Shown here: piece by piece, positions 20,267-29,465 of the stretch
Layout of the letters: each line of letters starts with the position of its first letter
Position numbering within the stretch: position 1 is the stretch's first letter
NCBI GenBank assembly: GCA_963809485.1
Contig: CAWEJX010000017.1
Location: 64,001-128,000 of the forward strand
Length of the DNA stretch: 64,000 nucleotides
Reading direction: 5' to 3'
Origin: an uncultured Acidobacteriota bacterium
Lineage (GTDB): Bacteria > Acidobacteriota > UBA6911
Notes under the pieces: generated by a model
The model's database searches: none
Told to the model about the DNA's origin: nothing
What the model saw: only the letters and a program-made list of their open reading frames with translations
Program-made: the position numbers and the translations under genes

Positions 20267-20635
20267 ATGGCATTCTGCCCGAACTGCCGAACGGAATACA
20301 GGGATACCTTCACACGTTGCGTCGACTGCGGGGCGGAGCTGGTCGCGTCATTACCCGAGGAAGCTCCGCCCGAATCAGCCGTCGTTTCCTCGCAGGAACT
20401 GGTCGAGCTCGCCAGCTTCCCGAACTCCGCGGAAGCCGAGATGATCCGGGAACTGCTTGAAGACAATGGAATAAAGACTTTCCTGCGCGGGGACATCGTT
20501 CCGATCAGCGCGGCTCCCAGCACTCTCCTGGTTCAACAATCCGACCTGGAGGATGCCCGAAGCATCTACGAAGGATTCTTTGCCGGGCAACCGATAGAGG
20601 ACGAGTCAGAACAAGGGAATGACGAAGAGAAATAG
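20267..20635 (+). CDS. DUF2007 (putative signal-transducing) protein with N-terminal zinc ribbon
   Basis: FCPNCRTEY...CVDCG followed by EAEMIRELLEDNGI. Confidence 0.85.
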   Translation: MAFCPNCRTEYRDTFTRCVDCGAELVASLPEEAPPESAVVSSQELVELASFPNSAEAEMIRELLEDNGIKTFLRGDIVPISAAPSTLLVQQSDLEDARSIYEGFFAGQPIEDESEQGNDEEK

Positions 20636-20733
20636 GGGGCAGGCTGATATACATCTCGACCCCCGCAAGCCTGAGTCGTTTTGTCTCGATCAAATCCGGC
20701 TGCATTTCCATTCTCCTTTTTAAAAGTACGGGG

Positions 20734-22779
20734 TCAGGCACCCAATCTGGTCTTGCTTGCCATCGTGTCGGCGACTTTATTCAGGGACAATTCCTCCAGA
20801 GTTTTTCGGGTCGGCCATCCGGTATCGACATCCCATCCTTCCAGCTTGTAGAAATTGGTCTTGAACAGCTCGACTCCCGACTCATCCAGATACATGTCCA
20901 TCAACGGCTGCCAGCTCCATTTGCCGTTCTGGTAGACGGGCTCTCCGCCCGTGGGTGTTATCAGCGAAGCTCCCGGCATATGCATAAATGGAAAGAATTT
21001 TTCCTGATCCCGGTGCCTTCCCTGGAGCACACGGATCGCCCTCTCCAGGTTCCATATCTTCCTGCCGATCTCGATGGTATCCGCGAAACTGATTTTGTTT
21101 CCCGTCACGGCCTGATAATAGCGAATCTCCGAATCGGGAGTCGGGCCGCTGCAATCCGGGTTGGATGCGTTGATGAACAGAGGGAGGAGCATCTCGCAGA
21201 ACGCCATCGACTCGTTCCAGAATCCGGCGTAGCGACGGGACCAGGCCACCTGCTTGGCTTTATGCTCGGAATATATCCCGGTCTTCCTGGCATCTTCTCC
21301 CTGCCACGCATAGCTGAACATGAAAGGATCGCCTGTGTACGGGATCGTTTTGGCAGACATCAGTTCCAGGGCTTTTTCCAGGGTGTAGTTCTGTTTCGAC
21401 TCGCTCATGAGCCCGGCGTTCGGCCCGAGACTGAACCCGTGCCACACGACGTCACCGGCGCCCAGCAGAGACCCGTAAGCCCACTCGATGCCCGGAAGGG
21501 TCCAGTGGAAAACACTGCCCCAGGCCGGAAAGCGCAACGCACCCGAGTTCTTATCTTCGTCCAGTCTCCCCCATCTTTGAGCCGCTTCGAGGGCTCCTTC
21601 CGCGAGCGTATCCCCGATCCCGATGCGTTTGGCAACAACATTGCAGAAGTCCTCGCGGAAAATCAGGTCCGCCCACAGCTCCATGCGCAACGGGGAGGAG
21701 TCGATAGCTTTTCCCGGCCCCAGCACCCCCAGATCGTACAGATACTTTATGTACCAGCCCAGGCCGGGCGCATCCGGCACCTTTTTTTTGAACAGGGCGG
21801 GGGCTCCCGGGATGTCCAGCTGGAAAACACCTCCAAACTGGGCCCCCCACGTGCTCATCCCCCATTTGACGGCAATGTCCGCCGCCCTCATCGAATCCTT
21901 CACGTACCATTGGGCGTCCGCACACATCGATTCGCCGCCATAGAATGAGTTTCTTTTCCGGTCGTTGTTGAGGCAAGGCATGCATGAAGCGGTGCCGGCC
22001 TGAAGCGGGGCGGAACTCCTGCGGGCGTTTTGCATGTGCCAGAGCCTCGTATCCACAACAGCCTTAGGATCGGATGCCTGGATGCTGCCGGTCCCTGTGA
22101 CGCTGATTGCCTTCAGGTTTTTGGCGCCGAAAACCCCGCCATAGCCTCCGGTTCGGGCGGTGACGCCGCTGCCGTGAACCAGGATCCCCAGGTTCGAAAT
22201 CGCTTCGCCCACAGGTCCGATGCAGACGATCTGCGGCCGCGCCGTTGTGTAGCTCTCCCCGATCTGCTGCCATTCGTCGCCGAACCGGGTTCTGCCCGCC
22301 ACCATTGATGTGATCCTGTCTTGCGTTTCGTAGGTATTGAGCCCCCACAAGGACTTTGCATCCTCGATCGTGACCTTGTCGTTGATTATGTTGATCCAGA
22401 CCGGGCGGTCCGACTTGCCCTCCAGAACGATGCCGTCCCATCCGGCCAATTTCAGCATGGTGGCAAACCTGCCGCCGAAGTTCGCCCGATAGAAGCAGTG
22501 CGAGGGAAAAACCTCCGGGGATACGCCGCAGACGCTCGTTCTTCCGGCGCCCGGAACTCCCGTGGCCGCCAGCGGCCCGCTCATCAGGACAAGAACGCTT
22601 TGCGGATCATAGGCATTCTTCATATCCCAGCGGCCCGGTGCCACAGCCAGGTCCCAGAAGACAGCGGCGCCGATTCCAAAACCTCCGCCGAACTCTTCGT
22701 AAGCAGCAGTGTCGAGGGCGCCCGTCACCCTGGTGGTCAGATTCAGTCTCAAAATTTTACCGGCAAATCCGTTCGCCAT
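20734..22779 (-). CDS. Aldehyde:ferredoxin oxidoreductase (AOR/WOR)-family W/Mo-pterin enzyme, paralog 2
   Basis: GFAGKILRLNLT, NFGGRFA..LK.AGWDGIV..GKS, CIGPVGE, GGVFGAKNLKAI, FYKLEGWD..TGWPTRKTLEEL. Confidence 0.92.
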   Translation of the reverse strand: MANGFAGKILRLNLTTRVTGALDTAAYEEFGGGFGIGAAVFWDLAVAPGRWDMKNAYDPQSVLVLMSGPLAATGVPGAGRTSVCGVSPEVFPSHCFYRANFGGRFATMLKLAGWDGIVLEGKSDRPVWINIINDKVTIEDAKSLWGLNTYETQDRITSMVAGRTRFGDEWQQIGESYTTARPQIVCIGPVGEAISNLGILVHGSGVTARTGGYGGVFGAKNLKAISVTGTGSIQASDPKAVVDTRLWHMQNARRSSAPLQAGTASCMPCLNNDRKRNSFYGGESMCADAQWYVKDSMRAADIAVKWGMSTWGAQFGGVFQLDIPGAPALFKKKVPDAPGLGWYIKYLYDLGVLGPGKAIDSSPLRMELWADLIFREDFCNVVAKRIGIGDTLAEGALEAAQRWGRLDEDKNSGALRFPAWGSVFHWTLPGIEWAYGSLLGAGDVVWHGFSLGPNAGLMSESKQNYTLEKALELMSAKTIPYTGDPFMFSYAWQGEDARKTGIYSEHKAKQVAWSRRYAGFWNESMAFCEMLLPLFINASNPDCSGPTPDSEIRYYQAVTGNKISFADTIEIGRKIWNLERAIRVLQGRHRDQEKFFPFMHMPGASLITPTGGEPVYQNGKWSWQPLMDMYLDESGVELFKTNFYKLEGWDVDTGWPTRKTLEELSLNKVADTMASKTRLGA

Positions 22780-22809
22780 ATTTACCCCCGGGGGAAAAAT
22801 TCCATATCG

Positions 22810-23093
22810 CAGGTATCCTCCGGCAGAGCCGGAGGCTTTACGGTGCCAGGCCCCTCAAAGAGGCCTGATTGCATTTGACAAAAGATGAAAGAGGTTCCAT
22901 GCGCTATAGATGTTTTGGAACCGCAGAATGTCGAATAACGAATGATGAATCTCGAAGTGTGGCGCCAACTTCTGCGGTTCGATATTCGAAATTCGACATT
23001 CGATATTCCTCTTAGTTGCTGTCCGGACCTGGGAATATAAAAACCAGGGGTTGCCAAACTCGTACTGCCTCCCCGGCAGAGCCGGTGGATCTC
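22810..23093 (-). mobile_element. Non-autonomous IS200/IS605-type element (MITE/PATE-like) with 7-nt micro-repeat core
   Basis: Terminal hairpins CCTCCGGCAGAGCCGGAGG and CCCCGGCAGAGCCGGTGG with GCCAAACTC; core of TCGAAT/TTCGAYA repeats; no transposase ORF. A homologous copy starts at 63850. Confidence 0.7.
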
Positions 23094-23134
23094 GCAACAG
23101 ATCCGTAGGAGATTGCACAGCCTGTCCCCTCAAT

Positions 23135-25213
23135 TTAGCCCGGCTTGCCCTTGCTTTGCATGACATCGGCCACTCTCTTCAAGCCCATGTCCTCGAGCGT
23201 TTTTCTTGTCGGCCAGCCGTTGGCGGTGTTAAAGCCCTCGAAAGCATAGAACTTGGTCTTCCACTCCTCGAACCTGGCGCGATCCAGTTTCCGGCCCGAA
23301 CCGGTCTCGTAAGACCATTTTTGGGTCTTATCATCATACATGGGCAGGCGCTCTCCCCTGGAACCCTGCTCGTAGATATAATTCGGAAACACTTCCATAT
23401 CCCGGTGTCTGCCCTGTATCGTCCAGATCGCCCGGTCCAGGGTGAAGATCTTCCGCCCAATTTCCATACCGTCGGCGAATGTTATGTTCTTGCCGGTAAC
23501 GGCATTGAAAAATTTGGGCTCGGCCTCGGGCGTCGGCCCCTTGTAATCGGGGGTATTGTTGGTGAAGGACATGGGCCATCTCCAACCGCAAAAACCGTTG
23601 GAACCGATCCAGAACTTCTCGTAATGCTTGACCCAGGCGACCTGCTTGGCTTTATGTTCCGAGTAAATCCCGGTCGGCCCGTCGCTGTAATCAAGCATGA
23701 AGATGTCGCCTTCGTAGGGGATCATCGTATCTGCCGTCATCTGCGCTGCCTGCTCGGCCGTCAGGTACGGTTCTTTGCCCGCCATCCGGAAGGCTTCCGG
23801 CATCCAGTGGAGCGGATAATTGGCGATATTGTGCAGCATCAGATCCCTCTCGCCCATCAGCGAACCGAAGCCCCACTCGGACTCGACTCTGGGATCGTAA
23901 TGATCCGCGGTGCCCCAGTAAGCCAGATTCAGAGCGCCGCTGGCCAGATCTTCATCATAGATTCCCCATTTTTTCGCGGCTCTGGCAAGGCCCTCGGCCA
24001 GATCATTGCCGATTCCCTTACGGGTGCTGATCTGCCTCATGAGCATGTCCAAAAATCCCATCGTGCCGAACTGGTCCATGGGCAGATCGGTTTCGATCCG
24101 CTTTCCTTTGCCCAGGAGTCCCCTCTGGTAGAGGTTCTGCAAATAGCCCTGCATAGGCATAAAATGCCAATGGCCGAGGCCGTATTTCTGCATCAGATCG
24201 TTGCCCTGGCGGGTCAGCTTCAGGCTGGCGTTCTGAAGCCGGACGCCCGCGGTGCCGGCACAGACCGATTCATTGCTGTCCCCGCTGGCCAAACGCTGAC
24301 GACAGCCTCTGGGACAGGAAAAGCAGGACACTGCACGAGCAGGTACCAGCGGAATAGCATTCGCCCCGAAGTAGGGATTATTCGTTACGTTGGCACCGGC
24401 CGGGGAGCCGTTGATCCAGAAGAAGAATCCCCCTACCATGTCCTTCCTGCGTGGATCGTCCACGTCCCATAAAAACTGGCGGAACCAGGACCGGGCCTGC
24501 ATGAATGCCTTGGGATTTGCGATGGGAACGCTTCCCGTGCCGATGACGCTGATTGCCTTGAGATTTTTCGAACCAAAGACGCCTCCGAAACCTCCCAGCG
24601 CTGCTTGAGAACCGGGACCGTGCAGGAGGGCGCCCAGTCGGCTTTTGTTTTCGCCAGCCAGCCCGCAGCAGACCACGGCCGGAATCTGGGTCGTGGAGCT
24701 ATCGTCTACCTGAGCCCACTCGCCGTATTTCAGGTTGGGCATCACGCGCCGTGAGATTTCCTGCTGGGTATCCCACGTGTCCATCCCCCAAATCCCGTCG
24801 GCGCTTTCAATCTTGACCTTATCATTGACGATATTGATCCAGACGGGAGTGTCGGCCGCTCCTTCAACCACAATGCCGTCCCAGCCGGCATATTTCAACT
24901 GGGCCGTAAAGCGACCGCCGAAGTTGCTGTGGGCAAACCATTCAATGGGATACAGCATGGGCCCCAAACCCTGCACTTCGCACCGTCCGGAGCCCGGCAT
25001 GAAGGTGCCGGCAAATGGATGGGCCATCATGATGATGAGGTTCCGCGGATCGAATGCTTCAAACGGAAGCTGATCGCCGACCAGGTCGAAGAAAATGGCG
25101 GAGCCCATTCCATGGCCGCCGCCGAATTCCTCATACTTTTCCGTGGGAATGGTGCTGGTCGATTTGCCGGTCAGGTTCACCCTGAGAATCTTTCCCGTGT
25201 ATCCGCCCGTCAT
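23135..25213 (-). CDS. Aldehyde:ferredoxin oxidoreductase (AOR/WOR)-family W/Mo-pterin enzyme, paralog 1
   Basis: GYTGKILRVNLT, SNFGGRF..LKYAGWDG, GGVFGSKNLKAI, CFSCPRGC, GWPTRKTLEDMGL; start overlaps the upstream stop (TAATG). Confidence 0.92.
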   Translation of the reverse strand: MTGGYTGKILRVNLTGKSTSTIPTEKYEEFGGGHGMGSAIFFDLVGDQLPFEAFDPRNLIIMMAHPFAGTFMPGSGRCEVQGLGPMLYPIEWFAHSNFGGRFTAQLKYAGWDGIVVEGAADTPVWINIVNDKVKIESADGIWGMDTWDTQQEISRRVMPNLKYGEWAQVDDSSTTQIPAVVCCGLAGENKSRLGALLHGPGSQAALGGFGGVFGSKNLKAISVIGTGSVPIANPKAFMQARSWFRQFLWDVDDPRRKDMVGGFFFWINGSPAGANVTNNPYFGANAIPLVPARAVSCFSCPRGCRQRLASGDSNESVCAGTAGVRLQNASLKLTRQGNDLMQKYGLGHWHFMPMQGYLQNLYQRGLLGKGKRIETDLPMDQFGTMGFLDMLMRQISTRKGIGNDLAEGLARAAKKWGIYDEDLASGALNLAYWGTADHYDPRVESEWGFGSLMGERDLMLHNIANYPLHWMPEAFRMAGKEPYLTAEQAAQMTADTMIPYEGDIFMLDYSDGPTGIYSEHKAKQVAWVKHYEKFWIGSNGFCGWRWPMSFTNNTPDYKGPTPEAEPKFFNAVTGKNITFADGMEIGRKIFTLDRAIWTIQGRHRDMEVFPNYIYEQGSRGERLPMYDDKTQKWSYETGSGRKLDRARFEEWKTKFYAFEGFNTANGWPTRKTLEDMGLKRVADVMQSKGKPG

Positions 25214-26043
25214 TACCGCACCTCCTGTTCCCTGGAGTCGGATTTCGGTTCCGGCTCATACGTAATCGGCTTCTGTTTCGCCTGAAGCGCGACTGCGGGC
25301 GGGACCGTGGTGCTGTTTTCCACCAGGCCCAGGTTCAGCCAGTGCTCATTCCTCAGGTTCACATCGTACCCCTCGGTCTCTGTCTGGACGGGAGTGGTTG
25401 AGACAAACCTGATAGCCTTCATCGGGCAGTTTTCCATGCAGGCCTGTTTGCCGCCGGGGCCGCCCTTCTCTTCCCAATACGGGGTGTCCAGACACAGATC
25501 GCATTTGGAGGATTTCTTTTCGATGTGGTTCCAGACCGTCCGGTGAGGCTGCTGGGGACACATTTTGATGCAGGTCTTGCAGCCGATGCACTTCTTACTG
25601 TCGATCCGCCGGACGTTGCCGTTTTCCGTATCCACAAAAGCGGCGCCGGTGGGGCAGTTCTGAACGCAAACCGGGGTCACACACTGCCGGCAGGGAGCCA
25701 TTTTGACATCATCAGGGAATTTGCCGAAGGAGTCCTGAATGATCTGGATGCGCGAAAGCGACAGGTTCTGCACTCCATAATGGACCAGCGAACAACTCAA
25801 CATGCAGGTAGCGCAGCCCGCGCATTTCTTGCTGTCATAAACCAGGTAACCTGTGGATTGGGGATAGGTAACCTTTTCGGCGGGTGGCGGTGATGCGCTT
25901 TCGGCAACGGCTGCTCCCGCCGGAGTTGCTGCTATCAATGCGTCTACGGCAACAACCGTTCCACCGGTGACCAGAAAATCTCTTCTTGATAACCTCCTTT
26001 TGGCGGCAGTTTCCTCAGTTTCAGCCTTTTTGGCTCCAGCCAT
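25213..26043 (-). CDS. Tat-exported 4x[4Fe-4S] electron-transfer protein (DmsB/YdhY-like)
   Basis: SRRDFLVTGG twin-arginine signal; four Cys groups (CAGCATC..SC, CRQC..PVC..NC, CIGCKTC..MC, CDLC...AC..NC); RBS AGGAG before ATG 26043. Confidence 0.92.
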   Translation of the reverse strand: MAGAKKAETEETAAKRRLSRRDFLVTGGTVVAVDALIAATPAGAAVAESASPPPAEKVTYPQSTGYLVYDSKKCAGCATCMLSCSLVHYGVQNLSLSRIQIIQDSFGKFPDDVKMAPCRQCVTPVCVQNCPTGAAFVDTENGNVRRIDSKKCIGCKTCIKMCPQQPHRTVWNHIEKKSSKCDLCLDTPYWEEKGGPGGKQACMENCPMKAIRFVSTTPVQTETEGYDVNLRNEHWLNLGLVENSTTVPPAVALQAKQKPITYEPEPKSDSREQEVR

Positions 26044-26256
26044 ACGGCAACTCCTTCCCGGGGTATGGGTTTTGATACGCCTATTCACCGTGAATTCTAA
26101 CCCAGGTCGGGCAATGTAGCTCCTGAAATTTGCGTATCAAGAGGATAAAGTACAGCGTCCCTGGTTTCCGCACCGGGATCAAAGGATCCGTCTATGGAAA
26201 TCAATATCATTAACCGGGGACACTCATGATATAAACTAAGTTTGGCATCAGGCCAT

Positions 26257-26283
26257 CTGGTCTTATTGGACAAATAAGATCAG
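26257..26283. promoter_or_regulatory. Palindromic candidate operator in the divergent intergenic region
   Basis: CTGGTCTTATT-GGACA-AATAAGATCAG; 11-bp arms with one mismatch. Confidence 0.4.
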
Positions 26284-26358
26284 GAAGTTGTCGCACGGCT
26301 GCACCCCATCGTAGCCAGTGGGAGACCGCAGCAGGGATTACCTTATGAGGAGATAGAA

Positions 26359-28122
26359 ATGAAACGAAAGACGCTATCTTTTTATTGCCTTTTGGCGGCT
26401 GCAATCCTGATCCTTTGCGGGATCGCGCCGGTGCAGGCTCAGCGTAATGCCGCTGCCTCCAAGGGCGATTTAATTACTGTTCTGAATCCGGCCGTCACAG
26501 ACAAACTCGCGGAGCGGGTGCCCCTGGCGCCCCGGCTCAACACCCTGGAAGGCAAAACCATCTACATTGTGGATACAAACTACGAAGGATTCGGGCGGCT
26601 CCCCGTGCTCGAGGAGATGCAGGCTTGGTTTACCAGAAACATGCCGAACGTAAAGACCGTCCTCAAGCTCAAGAGCGGCAGTTACGTCGCCGATGATCCT
26701 GCATTGTGGAAGGAGATTGCTTCCAACGGCGGCAACGGCGTAATCATCGGCGTGGCCGGTTGATGGGGCTGCCTCGCGGCCGTGAGCCGCTTTTCAGGAG
26801 CTTTAGAAACACAGTATGGGATCCCTACCATATCGCTTGCGAATGAAAACATCGTGTCCTACGGACTGAATGCCCATTTTAAATACAATACCGGCATGCC
26901 CATCCGTTACGTCGGGATGCCGTATCCATTCACGGGCCTTAAACAGGATATGCTTAAAGCCTACCTCGAAGGCAAGGACAGGGTCAGCGGCAAGCCCATC
27001 ATGCAGGCTATCGTCGACGGTTTGACAAAACCTCTGACCGCCGAGGAAAAAAGGGCCGGAGCCCCTCCCGACGCGGCACCCGAGCCCAGATTCCTGCCCC
27101 CGGACACGGAAGACAATCTGCAGCGGCTGTTCAAGGACAAAGGCTGGACCGACTACAACCCGGTCCTGCTCCCGACAGCGGAAAGAGTGGCCGCCATGCT
27201 GAAAGGCACCAGCCACAAGCCGGATGAGCTGATTAAGAAAGACTCCGGCGTCTTCGGCACGATCCGTCCGTTCACGGTGGAAAAGATTGCCATCGTTGCC
27301 GTCATGGCGGGCGCCAAACCCGAATATCTGCCGGTGATCCTGGCGCTGGCCAGTCAGGTCCCGTATGCGGATTCCACCACCTCCAACGCCAGCATGGTGC
27401 TGATCAACGGACCGATACGCAAGCAGATCGGGATGAATTCGGGCGAGGGCGTACTGGGCCCGAACGCCGAGGCCAATTCCGTAATCGGCCGGGCCATGAA
27501 CCTGATACACAAAACAATCCAGGGCTACCAGGAGGGTGTGACCGGCTTCACCTCCCTCAGCAACCCTCTGCGCTACGGCAATGTGACCCTTGCGGAGGCC
27601 GAGGAAGAGCTTCCGGAAGGATGGAAGCCTGTTCACGTACTGAATGGCCACAAGCCCGAAGACAGCGTCCTCACTTTGTTCATGGGCTGGAACTTCGTGA
27701 ACTGCTCGGGTTCGGTCGTGGAGCATTATGCCCCGCAGCTTTTGATGCGCGACTTTACCCGGGTGCTGGCGGCCACTGGAGCGGCAACACTCATCATGGA
27801 TCCGTCCGTCGCCTATCAGCTCAAAAACACACAGGGCTTCCAAACCAAGGCGGCGCTTGCCGAGTGGCTATCTAAGAACGCGGAAGTGCCCGCGGCAACC
27901 TATTGGGCCAATTCCATCGCTTCCGGCATGATGGCGCCCCTCGGCAAACAGGGTCTCGAGCCCTATGCAGGCTGGCTAAAAGTCCCGGGCGACGCGCTGA
28001 TCAAACACCTCCCGAATCCGCAGAACATTAAAACAATCGTGGCAGGGGGGAAAACAGCGAGCGTCTGGTTCATAGCCGATTTCATGGCCGGCAGAGGCGT
28101 ATCCATCGATGCCTGGAGGTAA
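26359..28122 (+). CDS. Exported UGSC-family selenoprotein (Sec at TGA 26761-26763; U-W-G-C redox motif), 587 aa
   Basis: ORFs 26359..26763 and 26782..28122 are in one frame: GGT TGA TGG GGC TGC = G-U-W-G-C. N-domain VLNP..LAPRLNTLEGKTIYIVD and C-domain GWTD..PT.ERV..ML / TVEKIA..AVMAGAKPEYLPV match the UGSC family as recalled. N-terminal signal peptide ends VQA. No convincing RBS before GTG 26782. Confidence 0.85.
26761..26796 (+). promoter_or_regulatory. Putative bacterial SECIS element
   Basis: Stem CTCGC(26773-77)/GTGAG(26782-86) with a G-initiated GGCC loop 14 nt after the UGA; the lower stem can pair TGA with TCA(26794-96). Confidence 0.6.
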
Positions 28123-28562
28123 CCGCAAACCGCCTGCATTGCCGGCAGCTCGATGGCAAAGCGCATAAACCGGTTTCGCATGCATAATGGATTTTGGCCG
28201 CCGACATACGCTGACTTTCGCCTCAATGGTCAGCGTATGCCGGTGCCCGCCGACTCTCGATTTTGGAAATCCCCGTGGCATAAAGGGGGAGCCTGAGAAA
28301 GAAATCAGGCATAAATCCCCATGCTCGCCAGTACTCCAATCCGTATTTTACTTCGGCCATATACATTAGCGGCTTATAATTAATCTCAAGGACATTCAGG
28401 CACAGCGGCAGATCATGCCGGCGAGATCTGCCGGCGGTACACATGTTCATTCTCAGGAAGGCCTTCGGGCAGATTTATCCGCACGCCCCCTGGTTGCGGC
28501 AACGTGCGCGGGCGCTTTCAGGCTCCTGCCTGAAAAAGATGATCCGCTAGAAGGAGGGATTT

Positions 28563-29396
28563 ATGGGAATAACGGACAGTCTGATCCTGTCTTCAGCCAT
28601 TTTGTTTCTTACCTTTGGTGCAGCTCAATCTGACAATGCATTTGCCGGGGAAAGAGATCTCAAGCCCGAGGAAGTAGTCGCCGCTCATCTCAAATCTATT
28701 GGCAATCCCAGGATTCTGCAGTCAATCAAATCGCGCGCGATTGAAGGTTCCGCATCGGTTAAGTTCATTCAGGGTAAATTCCGGGATTCCCCTGATGGCG
28801 AGTCCTTGATGATTTCCGAAGGACGCAAACTGGGAATCATAATGAAGTTTAAAACCCTGGGATATTATGGGGAATATCTCGCGTTCGATGGAAATGGTGT
28901 AACGATCGGGAACTGCGATGACTTAACCAGGTCCCGATTTGGCCATTTTTTCAGCCAGGTTGATGGCGTAATGAAGGAAGGGCTCCTGGGGGGCACACTG
29001 TCGGTCGCCTGGCCTCTTCTGGATGTTCCGGGAAGGCAGCCGAAACTCAAATACCAGAAGAGAAAGATTGAGGGCCGGCAACTGCACGAGCTCATCTATA
29101 ATCCCAAATCCATCTGGGGGACGGAATTTCTGCGGATCCGGCTGTTTTTTGAGCCTGAATCCTTTCGTCATGTGATGACGGAATATAAGTTCTGGAGAGG
29201 CGATACACCGGACTCAGTGGTGCTAAAGGAAATTTTTGAAGACTTCCGGGAAGTGGATGGCCTTATGCTCCCTCACAGATACAGAATTCATTTTTCCAGT
29301 ACCAACTTCATCGGTCATTGGACCATTGAAGCGCGGCATTGGCGGCATAATGCCCCCATGGATGCCGAGCTTTTCAAGGCGAGGTCATTGAGGTGA
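28563..29396 (+). CDS. Secreted hypothetical protein (LolA-like / lipoprotein-sorting-like beta fold)
   Basis: Signal peptide; LFFEPESFRHV, FEDFREVDGLMLPHRY, N.PMD.ELF pattern. Confidence 0.7.
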   Translation: MGITDSLILSSAILFLTFGAAQSDNAFAGERDLKPEEVVAAHLKSIGNPRILQSIKSRAIEGSASVKFIQGKFRDSPDGESLMISEGRKLGIIMKFKTLGYYGEYLAFDGNGVTIGNCDDLTRSRFGHFFSQVDGVMKEGLLGGTLSVAWPLLDVPGRQPKLKYQKRKIEGRQLHELIYNPKSIWGTEFLRIRLFFEPESFRHVMTEYKFWRGDTPDSVVLKEIFEDFREVDGLMLPHRYRIHFSSTNFIGHWTIEARHWRHNAPMDAELFKARSLR

Positions 29397-29465
29397 TTCC
29401 CATAATAATGCGGCGCAATTTGCCTCAAGGATTTCTTTTAGCTTAGTGCTCCGGGGAAAAATCCG

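Noticed and set aside
23051-24472. Long antisense ORFs (for example 23051..24472, 6303..7250, 14192..15214, 15082..16152, 26803..27843, 51958..53058)
   Set aside because: Shadow ORFs on the opposite strand of well-supported genes, expected in GC-rich DNA; no motifs.
26044-26358. Moco/Wco riboswitch or sigma54 promoter upstream of the AOR operon
   Set aside because: No recognisable riboswitch consensus; TTGGCATCAGGCCAT lacks the -12 GC.
28223-28450. Small ORF between the selenoprotein and the secreted protein
   Set aside because: No RBS or motif, and it overlaps repeat-like hairpins; cannot be supported.
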